Positions 49,101-60,187 of a DNA stretch of 60,187 nt are shown one piece after another. The DNA is from Catajapyx aquilonaris (taxonomy: Eukaryota). How positions within the stretch are numbered: position 1 is the stretch's first letter; each line of letters begins with the position of its first letter. The notes below the pieces were generated by a model, which saw only the letters and a program-made list of their open reading frames with translations, made no database searches and was not told where the DNA came from. The translations under genes were made by a program, and so were the position numbers. The stretch is taken from positions 1 to 60,187 of the forward strand of contig KZ538593.1 in the NCBI GenBank assembly GCA_000934665.2, written 5' to 3'.

Positions 49101-52100
49101 TCGAGGAAAGGGTGTTCATGGTGTCGTGATGAAATCAGGTTGGAAATAATGCTAGACAGTCAGGAGGAACATTGTGTGGCCAGAGTCTTTATGAGCAGGA
49201 CTGTATAGTAGAGGCAACAGGCAACCAGGTATGATTTCTTTTTCCAAGTTGTCGCACGTTACCAATCTGTATTTCTAATGTTATAATTACAATACAGCTA
49301 ATCGAGTATATATAAAGCCCCTAGACGAGAATATAGGGAGAATATAGGGAGAATATAGGATATAGGAGGATGGAAAAGATGGGTGCAGGGACTGTATTAA
49401 TAAAGCTGGCTGAAGTATGTTTGGTACTGGGGAAGGGAAATCTCAAAGCTTGTATCCACTGTCAAGTTTACAGGACTGGAAAACTGGGACACTGGAGGTA
49501 AATTCAGTGCTTATCCAACACAAGAGCTAAGTGAGGCACAAGCTTGACTTTAGTCAGGGTTCACTTTCATGAGCACTCCTGAGTCATGACTTCTCATGCC
49601 ATCTCCTATGCTCTCACCCAGCACCCAGGTCAGGAGCTTCCCTTCCATCTCATAGCAGGTGAAGAAAGACAGAATCTCTGATTGGGTTCTGACCATGATT
49701 CCCCTGGCAAATTGATGAACTATTTCCAAGCACTTGCTGGGAGCATATCCATGCTACAGTACTCTTCACACTCTTTACAGGTTTGAACTCCTGTAAATTT
49801 GACAATGGATGTGAGCCTTCGTTTAATTACTTTGTTTGGCTTTGCCTTTTTAACATAATTACAATGGCTGTTATTTTCACAACTAATGTATGAATTTTTT
49901 CTTGCAGATGAATCTCAAGAAGGCAAACGCATTCGAATTTTGCAGTGGAATGTTCTGGCTCAAGGTGTGTTAAGTTGCTATTGATTGTAGGTATGAATGC
50001 AAAGTCTCAGCTTTCAACACCTGGGATTATATTACAGCTCTGGGCCTACAGAACGACAACTTTGTATGCTGCCCAGATGAGGCGTTGGAGTGGAAGACAC
50101 GTCGCTTTCGCATCCTGGAGGAGTTGCTGGAATATTCTCCAGACATAATCTGCCTGCAAGAAGTGGACCACTACAACTTCCTTAAGAAGTGCCTGGGCAC
50201 CCTGGGATATGTGGGAGCCTTTTTTCCCAAGCCGGATTCACCATGTATCTACGTGCAAGGGAACAATGGGCCTGATGGATGTGCTGTCTTCTTCCAGAAG
50301 GACAAGTTTGAACTGGTGCAGACTGTAACACGTGTTATGGAGGTGTGGCACGTGCAGAGCAATCAGGTGAGGAATTATTGTTTGGTGATGATCGGGGGGG
50401 GGAAAGGAAGTAAACGGTGAGCCTTACAGCTGTTTCACATAGTCAACATAAGTGTGAGTGGGGAAGAAGTGGGCGTTTAGGATGCGGAATGTGAGGGGTG
50501 ACTATTCACATACTCCGCACTTGGGCTGTGGGTGGCAGCTAAGAAGTATGAATTTCTTAACTCCATCCTGGTGTACTTTTGGCCGACAGGAAGTGAGGGG
50601 TTGTAGGAGTTAACGCGGTGACACCCAATAGCAAGCGAATGCATGTTAATGCAGAATGGACAGAGATGCTTATGGAACACTGAGCAAGGAGAAGTCAGCC
50701 GACCTACAAAGCATGGTCAAGTACACATGGCAGAAGTTGATAAGGCATATTTTGAGATCATACTGGGCAAAGAGTAAATGTACCATTGGAACCACTGTCG
50801 TTGCAGACTCATTGTAACCACAATACCCCCGTGTACCTATTTAATTCATACCCCATTATCAGCCATCGGCTCTTTAGGGGGGAAGTTTGTTTTGCCTGGA
50901 ACTCTTTACTTTCATTTTACTGTGCTCTTTGGGATAGGATAGGGACGGAAGGAAGCGGCTGTGGCCTATTAATTACGGAAGCAACTCCGGAATTTTCCTG
51001 GAAGGACCGTGGGAAACCGCAGAAAACCACGGTCAGAGTTGCCGGCCCCGGGATTTGATCCCAGAACCTCCCGATTAGCAGTCGGACACCATATCCACTC
51101 CTCCAAACTGCTTCGGTTACCCCCGTGTACCTATGTACTTTTCTATATGGAACATAACTAGTGAAAATTATTACCTTGTACTCCCAGGTTAATGACTAAA
51201 ACAGGTGTCGCCAGATAATCGGAAAACACGGATAATCGGAAAATGGTCCTAGAAACACTGGTAATGCTATGTTAGCAGTGTGTAGCAGTGATACGAAAAC
51301 CGAACCAATTTTTTCGGATTTTAATTTTTAATTTTATTTTTTGGCGATGCACGGGTAATCCGCAACACAGATAATAATCGGGAGTAGAGTATATATGGCA
51401 AAGTAAATGTTTTAAATGTCAATAATTGTAATTTTCATTTGACTTATCTCATGAAAAATACTTACAACATTATAATACTAAGTGTAAGCTGTAAATAGTG
51501 TCAGATATTGTCGTATGTGAAAATGCAATTTATTAATATTAAATGCATTTATAAAGCCATTATGAAAGTATTGCAGTCAAATAAGCTCATACTCCAGTTT
51601 GTTACTTTTTTTGCACTCACTATCCCTCTTTGCTTTGCTACAGCTGAGATTTAAGGAGTCAAACTTTCAAAGTGCTCCCATGTAAAATTGACTTTCATGC
51701 ACTTAAGACAAAATAATACTCAGGCGACGAAATGTTTACTTAGTTGCCAGGTAATGCCAGCGCCGCCTATGCCGAAAAGGAAACATTCAGGGACTGCTCA
51801 TATGTCCAGCACTCTACTAATATTGCTGTTTTTAACACTGTTTGCTTGCTAAACCTGATGCGAATTAAGTTTAAATTTAATATCATTGTAACAACTACGT
51901 TTTAAATGTAAAACAACAAAAGGTCTTGGCAAGGAATGCATACCTGCCAAGAGTTTTTAAAAATCCTGTGTTTGAAGAACATTTTTTCAGTAATGACATC
52001 TTATCTCAGACTCAAGAGATTAATACTCTCAGACTTAAGAGTGTTACTGGTACCATAGAACTTTGTGGGAATCATTTCAGAACAGCTCCTCTAAATTAAG

Positions 52101-55100
52101 TAGATATTATATCAAAAACTTTCCCTTCGGTAAAAAAAAGAGAAGTAAGACCTCCGCGGCGGAATAAAAGTACTGAAACAAGGCAGGCGCACGTAAGACC
52201 TTCACCAATTGATTTAAGCTGTATCATAGGTCTTACTCAAGCAATTTCCAATTCACTGCTCATGAAGTCTCCTTTCTGAAACAAATCTTTGGAATTTCTG
52301 TCGTACTACTAGTTACTTCTAACTTAGCAGTACCAGTGTAGTGCAATGGTACTGCTATAAGTTAGCAGTAACTACAGACCTATATTTAATAGTAATAATA
52401 GTAGTACGACGAAAATTCCACCCATTAGTTTTCCATGAGCCACTCCATATTAGTGTTTTATGAAATTAGGAACTTCAATATTAAGCACATTGAATTTCTA
52501 TGCGATTAGTGCGAATATTGCCATGAAACATTCATGCAGAATCGTCACCTCTTTTAGATGCGGATTTTAACTCTAATGTTTAATATTTCACATATAAATG
52601 TTAATTGGTGAATTTTAGAGGGTCTTTTTCGATTGGACCAAGTCTGTTAGAATGGGTTTAGTTTTTCCCCCATTTTTTTCTTTTCATAATAAAATCCTAC
52701 GTATACTGCTCTGAGTAGTGTGCAGCAGTCATTTTACGAGCCGTTCCGTACCGTACTTGAGAATTGCTTGAGTAAGACCTACGGTACAGCTTAAATCAAT
52801 TGGTGAAGGTCTTACGTGCGCCTGCCTTGTTTCAGTACTTTTATTCCGCCGCGGAGGTCTTACTTCTCTTTTTTTTACCGAAGGGGAAGTTTTTGATATA
52901 ATTTCAGTTCTTTTTTGACAGTACACATAACTTATGCTCTACACTATACAGTCTGCACTATGAATGCATTGGAGACGATTTTCGTCGCTTAGAAGTCCCT
53001 AAAATTATTTTCACAGAGATAGTCGTAAAAAAACGAAAGTCGAGTGCTACCAGCCAACGGTTAGTCTGATTGAATTATTATGAAATAGCCTATACGCTAA
53101 AATATACGGAATATATACATTGAGAACTGTACCAGACGAATTTGCTGAAATCGTGGTACTTTGCAAGAATTCAATCAATACTTATCTGCGGCTTGCCTCC
53201 GTCACATCTGAAAACTCCCAACCGTACTTAATTTTCGCGAAATGCGACGATTTCAGCAAATCAGTTCGTCTGGCACGTTATAATAAAATATGCAAGTACA
53301 TGTCTGCAAAACCCGCGTAACGAACGGACAGTATGTCTGTGTTTGCATGGAAATGCCCAGGACATGTATCTTTTCCAATTCCCGGACCCGCGGAAACCAA
53401 AACTAGACAACTGTCACCAATGTCACTTATAAGACATTATTCGGGGCAACCCTTCAATTATTATCTACATTGAGAACCAGCCGAATTGACTGAAATCGTG
53501 GAACTTTCCCAGAATTAAATCAATACTATGTGTGGCTTGCCTCTGTCACATCTGAAAACTCCCAAACTTATTTAATTTTCGCGAAATGCAACGATTGCAG
53601 CAAATATTAGTCTGGCACATTTCTCAAGTTAGATATTCCGCATACTGTAACATAATTTCATAATTAAATCCGCTTAAGAGATGGCTATATAGCAGGGAGC
53701 GAACGGGCTTAATAGTAACTGTTGAATCCGGATAAAACAAACTTCAAGAGACTGCGAAAAAAGTATTTTATAACCGAGGTCTGTTATAGCCTAATCGTCA
53801 CGCAACGTAAACATAAATTTCTGCTTTCAATGTAGCTGTACTATGCACTACTAGACTACATACCGATTAATGAAATCTGTCACAAATGCAATATTGGCTC
53901 ACCCGAAAATTATGCAGGACCAAAATATCCGAAATTTCCTTCTGCCGTCTCCTTTGTGCATACCTGGAAAACAATATTTTCCCACCGAGGGTCCAAGAAA
54001 TGGTCTGTTATACCGGAGGTGAGGTGAAAATGAGTCTGTTACATCAGGCTTGCAAATACACAGTGCCTAATGGAAGCATGCCGGGACGGCCTTTATAACC
54101 AAGTATGTTATAGCCGAGGCTGTTATATCCGGATTCAACTGTAAATCTGTAATAAGTGCAATGCGTTCACACCAGCGGCAGGGTATTTCGCTAATAACAA
54201 TATGGCTAGTGGGTAAACAAGAATTGACGTTTCTAGGTGATGGCATAATGAACAAATGAATTAATGACAGAAAAATTTGATGTAAAAAAATCACAGCTCC
54301 AATCCTGCAGCAGGTGGAACTGTGAGATTTTGAACATAGATCCGCACCATTCCACTGCACCTTCGGCCCGTTGAAGAAGGAACCGAATTCCGAATAGTTA
54401 TTGAGCAAAAAAATATAGACGGTTTTTTTGGTGGTTTTAAATTTTTTGCGGCGTTTTGAAGAGGAATTAAGTAAAAGTGTAAATAGTAAGAATGCACTTC
54501 ACGATGGTGGGGATCTGTGTTCAAAATTTGGAAGCTCTACCTACAGCAGAACTTGAGTTAGGGCGAATAAAAAAAACGTAACAACAACAAGAAGATGATG
54601 TTGAAGAAATTCATTGTTGAAATCTATGCTACGGTCTTACTAAGGGGCTATCGCCCCTTAAATACAGATTTTGGTTGAGGAAGAGGTGAGAGATGGTACT
54701 ATCAGTCCACCAAGAATTGTCGTAGCGGCAGCGCACGAACTACAGTGACGAGCACTTCTCCCCCCAGAAGTGCTCGTAGACTGTAGTTCATGCGCTGCAG
54801 CTACGACAATTCTTGGTGGACTGATAGTACCTATATTATTTTTTCAAATGGATGTTAGGCGAAATGTTCCAACCTTGCACTGGAAGCACTGTCCCTTTCT
54901 TCCTGCCAGCCAGTCATGAATATGGTGGAAGGTGATATTTATTCATGATTGGATGGAAATGGTTGGTGTTACCACAAATCTGGTGTAGATTGCATTATTT
55001 CAAGATGTATTAGTGAATGAGTCCACAGGTTTATATGTTTCCAAGAACACTTGAGAGAGAGACTATATATAGTATTTGACTCAGATTGGGGCTTTATATA

Positions 55101-56007
55101 TACTTGATGAATTTTAATGTGATTTTCCTTGTGGTTAATTACATTTCTGTACAGCATATGTGGCACGTACTCGTAGCATAATATGTTATCAATTTGTAAT
55201 CTTTTGTGGCATATTCAATGGACAATTCACGTTAATCTTTTTTGTAAATTGACAGTCAGATGCTGTAATCTTACATTTGCTTTATTTTCACTGGGTCTGT
55301 GCTTATATCAATTACATCATTTTTCTCCTTTTCATTTGATCCACCCTTGTATTTTCAGTTTTCAAAGGGGTAGTCTAGGATAAGTGCTTACCTCACCAGT
55401 TGATTCTGTGGGTGGGAGGGAAGGGGTAGGTGGGGGGAAGCTTTTGAATGAGTGCTAGTACAAAATTTCAACAGGCTGAAGACTTAACTGTAACTTCACT
55501 CCAATTTCTTAACAGGTGGTGGTCCTGGTTGTCTTGCGCCTGAAGTCAACCGGGCAAGAGTTTGTTGTGGCCAGCACCCACTTGAAGGCAAGGCAAGGTG
55601 CCTTACTTTCAACACTGCGAAATGAACAGGGGAAGGACCTTCTCGAGTTACTGGATCAGCACTGGGGAGGTCGACCTATTGTGGTGTGTGGCGACTTCAA
55701 TGCGGAGCCTTCAGAGCCAGTTTATTCCACCTTAATTAGTCAGCCTCGGCTTGGCCTCAAAAGTGCCTACACGGCCATTGACGGTGCCAGGGAGCCACCA
55801 TACACCACTTGGAAGATCAGGGAGGAGGGGGAATCATGCCACACCATCGACTACGTCTTCTATTCTCAGCGCCACTGGAGTGTGGATTCCTTGTTGAGCT
55901 TCCCAACAGCACAGCAGATGGGACCTGGGAGAGTACCATCACTGCAGTATCCCTCAGATCATTTCAGCCTGGTAGTGGATTTGGTCATGAAGCAGACCAA
56001 TTCATAG
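42986..56007 (+). CDS. cu: Nocturnin (curled; CCR4-like EEP family, NADP(H) 2'-phosphatase), spliced CDS
   Basis: Exons 42986-43134, 47080-47366, 49908-49964, 50038-50366, 55516-56007 (1314 nt, 437 aa), all GT-AG and in phase. Motifs RMGSFTSAPK, IRILQWNVLAQALG, PDIICLQEVDH, NGPDGCA, THLKA, GDFNAEP, YTTWKIR, TIDYVFY, YPSDHFSL. Confidence 0.95.
44937..45004 (+). CDS. cu: Alternative first coding exon of nocturnin, putative mitochondrial presequence (MLVIFRVGRRCPTLVTQALDQVR)
   Basis: CAAACAATG start, consensus donor CAG|GTGAGT, phase 2 in frame with 47080 (410 aa isoform). Confidence 0.65.
47080..47366 (+). CDS. cu: Nocturnin first common exon (MGSFTSAPKM...QAPR)
   Basis: TTTTTTGTCCAG acceptor, G|GTAAGT donor; ORF 47072-47404. 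Confidence 0.92.
49908..49964 (+). CDS. cu: Nocturnin exon (ESQEGKRIRILQWNVLAQ)
   Basis: Translated by hand; first EEP motif WNVL; phase 1-1. Confidence 0.92.
50038..50366 (+). CDS. cu: Nocturnin exon (LGLQNDNF...CLQEVDH...VQSNQ)
   Basis: ORF 50085-50420; catalytic QEVD. Confidence 0.96.
50841..51117 (-). mobile_element. SINE family A, full-length copy
   Basis: Very similar to the copy at 13823; 17-bp TSD TACCCCCGTGTACCTAT at 50824-50840 and 51118-51134. Confidence 0.92.
52106..52902. mobile_element. Non-autonomous DNA element with ~145-bp near-perfect TIRs
   Basis: ATTATATCAAAAACTTTCCCTTCGG..CAAGCAATT (52106-52247) is inverted at ~52762-52902; repeated GTAAGACCT motif; separate internal hairpin ~52291-52419. 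Confidence 0.88.
52930..53708. mobile_element. Degraded second copy of the piggyBac-like family at 21771
   Basis: Shares AGAAGTCCCTAAA, GCCAACGGTTAG, AAATATACGGAATAT..TTGAGAAC and TCTGGCAC segments with 22440-22760; degenerate right end TATAGCAGGGAGCGAACGGGC|TTAA. Confidence 0.7.
53719..54141. mobile_element. pogo/Tigger-like MITE
   Basis: CTGTTGAATCCGGATA ... TATCCGGATTCAACTG|TA with TGTTATAGCCGAGG-type repeats. Confidence 0.8.
54250..54662 (-). mobile_element. Possible Helentron-associated (DINE-1/HINE-like) element
   Basis: Terminal hairpin TAAGGGGC-TATC-GCCCCTTA (54641-54660) next to an A/T run, short (CAA) repeats, and an inverted duplicated core (54327-54350 vs 54504-54527). Left limit approximate. 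Confidence 0.45.
54695..54831. repeat. 137-bp near-perfect hairpin (MITE-like)
   Basis: GGTACTATCAGTCCACCAAGAATTGTCGTAGC...CGAGCACTTCT, C-run loop, AGAAGTGCTCG...GCTACGACAATTCTTGGTGGACTGATAGTACC. Confidence 0.92.
55516..56007 (+). CDS. cu: Nocturnin last coding exon
   Basis: THLKA, GDFN, TIDY and SDH catalytic motifs; TAG at 56005-56007. Confidence 0.97.
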   Translation: MVVLVVLRLKSTGQEFVVASTHLKARQGALLSTLRNEQGKDLLELLDQHWGGRPIVVCGDFNAEPSEPVYSTLISQPRLGLKSAYTAIDGAREPPYTTWKIREEGESCHTIDYVFYSQRHWSVDSLLSFPTAQQMGPGRVPSLQYPSDHFSLVVDLVMKQTNS

Positions 56008-56164
56008 CCACTTGAGTGCTTTTTTGTACATAGAGAACCAGGTTTTTTTGTACATAGTGTATGTATGGGTGTGTCAAGTCATGGTATGTCAGTATTACAC
56101 AAAGTGGGGTAGATTGTTGACTTTTCTTTCACACGGTTGAATTGTAATAAGCATTTGCATCGAA

Positions 56165-56170
56165 AATAAA
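56165..56170 (+). terminator. Candidate polyadenylation signal of nocturnin
   Basis: AATAAA 158 nt after the stop codon. Confidence 0.45.
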
Positions 56171-57160
56171 ACTGAGCTATTCACTCCCAGTTAGACAAGT
56201 TATTGAATTACTTTTGAGGTCTGCCCAGGTTTGCCTGTGTCTGCTGTGGCCTGTAGTTGGCCCGCCCTTTGGAACCACTGCCGCACTATGCGAAAAGTCT
56301 TACGGGAGAGGCAAAGAGGCGATGTGGTACGATATACGATACACGGTACTATACTTCCTTTTCATAATGCCAGCCACCTACTCTGCAATTCATGTTACAC
56401 CCAGGGCCACCTGAACAGCATTACAGGCCCCCTGGCAAAGCTGTGCACTGGGGCCCCTACCTACAGAACTACTCGTCACTCAAGTAAAATGTAAATAATC
56501 GATACACTTAAGATCCCTGTTCGTCCCAGTTTCACATGGAAAATCTGCCAGACAGCACCATCATCCCGATTATTCTGGTGCGGATAATCCGTGAGTTGCC
56601 AAAAAAGGTTAGAAAATAGTCAGAAAGAACGTCCGTCAGTATGTCTCGCAAAAAAAGAAATAACAGACGTTTTCTATGATAAGTGTTATTATTTTGATTG
56701 AACCTTATTCAAAGCAATACCGGTATATAGCCTACACTCCTACAGTATTTACCCAGTACGATAAAAACCTCCGAATAGGTCACTATTTTATGGTAGGCCT
56801 ACGTTCCTTGAAGCATTTGACCGTCAATGTTGCTGATTATTTTCATTTCTGATCTTATCCAGGAGTTGTACAAGTGTATTATACAGGGATTTCGGTACAC
56901 AGTGAGTCTCCGTTATTTGCCGGTTTGTTACCATCTGTTTGTGTATAAAATATTAAACCACAAACTACAATGATATAATTATGTCGTGGTGGCTGTATCA
57001 TATGGAGTACACCAATAATTAATCTAAACAAATCCGGTGTGCTCTTGAAGAACACCGGGTTTAACCCCTCTTAGAATTGATATAAAATTAATTAATTAGA
57101 AATGGTTAAAACTTAAATAAAAAATGGAGTTTGATTATAGATACGTATCCAAATGTTATA

Positions 57161-57722
57161 CAGGGTGTAAATGAATTCAACCGACAAACTTCTAGGGGTG
57201 ATAGAGGGGACCAAGACAAACATTTTTGACATAGGAAACCGTGTCCGGAAACGCCATCGAGAGGGGGTTCATAGACAAGGAATGGGTGCGCTCAGACGCG
57301 TCACGCGTGAGGCGCTAGGCGAGCGGACTGTGTTGTTGATAGATGGCGCTCGGATAGTAACCAACGATACAATGTGCCATAACGTGGCAACAACAGAGTC
57401 ATCTAGCAACTAAAGTCCGCCTCCTAGGAGACGCGCGGATAGTCAACAGCGGTTCTGTTGTTGCCAAGTTATGGCGTATCGTGTTGTTGTTTACTTACAA
57501 CGACGCGATACGCCATAACCTGGCAACAACTGCGCGCCATCTATCAACAAAACAGTCCGCTCGACTTGCGCCTCTCGCGTGACGCGTCTGAGCGCACCCG
57601 TTCCTCGTCTATGAACCCCCTCTAGATGGCGTTTCCGGACACGGTTTCCTATGTCAAAAATGTTTGTCTTGGTCCCCTCTATCGCCCCGAGAAGTTTGTC
57701 GGTTGAATTCATTTACACCCTG
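57161..57722. mobile_element. Young TA-flanked Tc1/mariner-type MITE with ~190-bp TIRs
   Basis: TA|CAGGGTGTAAATGAATTCAACCGAC ... GTCGGTTGAATTCATTTACACCCTG|TA. Produces twin ORFs 57171(+) and 57712(-). Confidence 0.93.
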
Positions 57723-58373
57723 TATAATATTATTTATTGATGGCATTTCTGTTGGTAGCGTAACCAACATGGGAGACAGTCAACAATAACTGGTAGTTGC
57801 CAATGTAAACACTATAGGCTTTCCGTAGCTTGATTTTGAGCTCCGAAAAAGTTTGATAATTTCTTTGGTTCCACCTGCCCCGGACCTTTTATCAAGACGT
57901 CCCTAGTGTTGCCTGGGCTGGTGCATTCCGAAGAGCCACGAAGTCGGCGCTTTCAAGGCTGTGCTGAGTCATACGTTGAGGTGTTGTGTTTTGAAGGAGT
58001 TCGATTTTTGGGTCTTTTGCTAGGTTGCTAGGGGCCGATTGTTTTAGCAACCACAGGATTCTCAAATTCATATTATTTGACTCCCTGGTGGTTTTTTCTT
58101 GGATAATGTTGACACTAGCTATTTAGGTAATGAGTTGTGCCAAGAGCTAATAACTGCCATTGGTCTGTAGATTTTAGTTCTTGGTCCAATTACCGGCATT
58201 TAAAAATAATTATATATATCCTACGTACCGATATCTACGGTAAACTACAGGGTGACCATAAATTCTGAAGCATAGGTTCAGTTGGCTGGAGTTAGATGTG
58301 GGACTGCTGCCGTGGTTGGTTCCCGCCAGGATCCGCCCACGTATGATCAGATAGTTGGGGGGGGGGGGGGGGG

Positions 58374-58404
58374 NNNNNNNNNNNNNNNNNNNNNNNNNNN
58401 NNNN
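58374..58404. other. Assembly gap (N run) after poly-G
   Basis: 31 N following a G homopolymer. Confidence 0.98.
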
Positions 58405-59111
58405 AATAGTGTCGAATCGGAATAACGTCGAATCGGATGTAAAACGCACCCACTTTTTTTCTCCGCCTCTGACTATCTCTCCCTGCTTTCAACCCAAGTT
58501 CCTCTGTCTGACGCTAGAGGTCACAAGAGTCCAGAATGATACCACGAGCGATACTATAAAATAATTATGTATAATTAGGTGTTTATTAGACCATAATTAT
58601 GTACCAGCAGACGCTCCCCTCCCGTTTACAATCAAGCGCAAGCGCAAAAGGGAGGCAGGAATACGAATTAGCGTGGGCGATTCCGACTCGCTTTGCGCCG
58701 TCACTGTGAGGCGCCTATTGGGACTAAAAATATGCAATGCAATGCGTATATGCAATGAAAGCCCCACTCAAGCCCCGTCTCATGCCGTGCATCTCCATCC
58801 GAGAGTTTGAACAGGGAATCTGCTACACGAGGACATACAAAACCCTACCCGTGGTCATTGCTTCTCGTCGCAATAGTGCAGTTTGTGTTACTACGCCTCT
58901 CAAACAACCACTTTAAAATTTTCCAAATTTTAATATGTTGTAAAGACAATCGTCCTCTACGTATTGCACCAACTCGGGGCCGATTATTGTCGAGGTTGAT
59001 TTAATTATTCGAAAATAAAAAAGTGATCATATGAGTGATATCGGAACTTAGGGTACATCACACCAGCTTGAGTTAGGTAGGCTACTGATGGGTCATCGTC
59101 CGTGCAAAACC

Positions 59112-59112
<1 letters not shown>

Positions 59113-59151
<39 letters not shown>

Positions 59152-59170
59152 GCAGCAGCAGCAGCAGCAG
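59113..59170. repeat. Compound (AAT)n(AGC)n microsatellite
   Basis: Directly visible. Confidence 0.93.
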
Positions 59171-59176
59171 TACTGA

Positions 59177-59232
59177 AATATTATTGTGACTTCCGACCCC
59201 ACTATAGTGGGGTCGGAAGTCACAATAATATT
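59177..59232. repeat. Perfect 56-bp palindrome without spacer
   Basis: AATATTATTGTGACTTCCGACCCCACTA|TAGTGGGGTCGGAAGTCACAATAATATT; all 28 pairs checked. Confidence 0.97.
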
Positions 59233-59637
59233 GCACTTCTGACAGAGAAGATGCCATTTACGGTGCTGATACTACATCCCTTCCTGAACGTAAATAACCC
59301 CAGGCCCAAAGTTTTTAGGCTCTAATTAGCCCGTAATTAATTCACCAAAAATGGCCGTCATCAAGAATAGTAGTATATTTCGGAATCCCGCTCTTATTTA
59401 TAGCTATTTATATGTATGTCATGTTATTTTCACACAAGTTGGAGTTCAAGACTCCATTGAAATTTTAAATAATGTTAAAAGCCCATTTGATCATTATAAC
59501 ATTAAATATGGCAGCCAAAAGTCGGCAAATAAACTTTTCAGCTACATGGTCGTGTTTGGTATAAAATCATATGTTTTTGAGGGTGCAGAATTCAGTGGTG
59601 GTACCGAAAATAGTACCAGACAATCCCAGAAGTAATA

Positions 59638-59740
59638 CAGTGAAACCTGTCTATAACGGACCCTGCTTACAGCGGAACCCTGTGCATTACGGAAAATTTT
59701 TAGGGTCTCGATTGCGCTATACACAGGTTTCATTGTAGCC
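59638..59740. mobile_element. pogo/Tigger-like MITE fragment
   Basis: TA|CAGTGAAACCTGTCTATAACGG with degenerate end TATACACAGGTTTCATTG|TA near 59736. Confidence 0.6.
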
Positions 59741-60187
59741 TACGTAATAAACGCTTTGAAAAGATGTACCTATGTTGGCACCATCGATTGTTTAAAATGA
59801 AATTTTTTGATTGAGCAGTTGTTACTTCCCCAAAAATTCTCAAATAGGCTTCATATGGCAGGGCCATTAAAAATTATTGACACTTTTTCTGTTTACTTAT
59901 TTATTTTATTTTTATTTTTATTTAATTTACGTTACCCCTTGCGAGGGCAGGGCCCTTTTGGGGGGACACTTTTTCTATGTTAAAAGTATCAAATCAGAGC
60001 GAACCTATTATTATTAAATTAGGTCTCCAATGATACTTATTGCTAATATTTTGGATTTTTCATCCATGAGATATTTACGGTCAAACACAGGGGCCAATAT
60101 TTTTCAAATGAATAGTATGGGAGGCAGATTAGGAGGTTGCATTAGCGGAAATCCACTATACAAACGACCTCGGCGGGGCCCTTTCGG

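Noticed and set aside
19489..56007. ClC-nocturnin adjacency as a functional cluster or ancient linkage
   Set aside because: No evidence in the sequence for co-regulation. Human CLCN3 and NOCT are both on 4q but far apart, which is compatible with chance.
57171..57712. Twin near-identical ORFs on opposite strands
   Set aside because: Consequence of the MITE's long TIRs.

Overview
Eukaryotic, intron-rich, AT-rich genomic DNA, most likely from a non-dipteran insect (inferred from the gene sequences and SINE types). No prokaryotic features are present. Two intact + strand genes can be assembled by hand from GT-AG splice sites and reading frame. The first is a ClC-3/4/5-type 2Cl-/H+ exchanger (Drosophila ClC-c-like; CDS 19489-32205, 12 exons plus a candidate 30-nt microexon, about 809/819 aa, probable first exon ending at 15392). 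The second is nocturnin/curled (EEP-family NADP(H) phosphatase; common exons 47080-56007). It has up to four candidate alternative first exons (ending at 39680, 40943, 43134 and 45004), set in a CpG-rich region with E-box, D-box and CRE motifs. The first ~12.3 kb carries stop- and frameshift-ridden exon-like segments resembling a large lipid transfer protein (vitellogenin/apolipophorin-like, with VWD), tentatively a decayed pseudogene. Introns and intergenic DNA are dense in non-autonomous elements: two tRNA-derived SINE families with clear TSDs and modular 3' ends, many TA-, TTAA- and TTA-flanked MITEs (several nested), a Helitron, a mariner relic, palindromes and microsatellites. Most ORFs in the supplied track are spurious. 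All assignments are by eye; no database searches were run.
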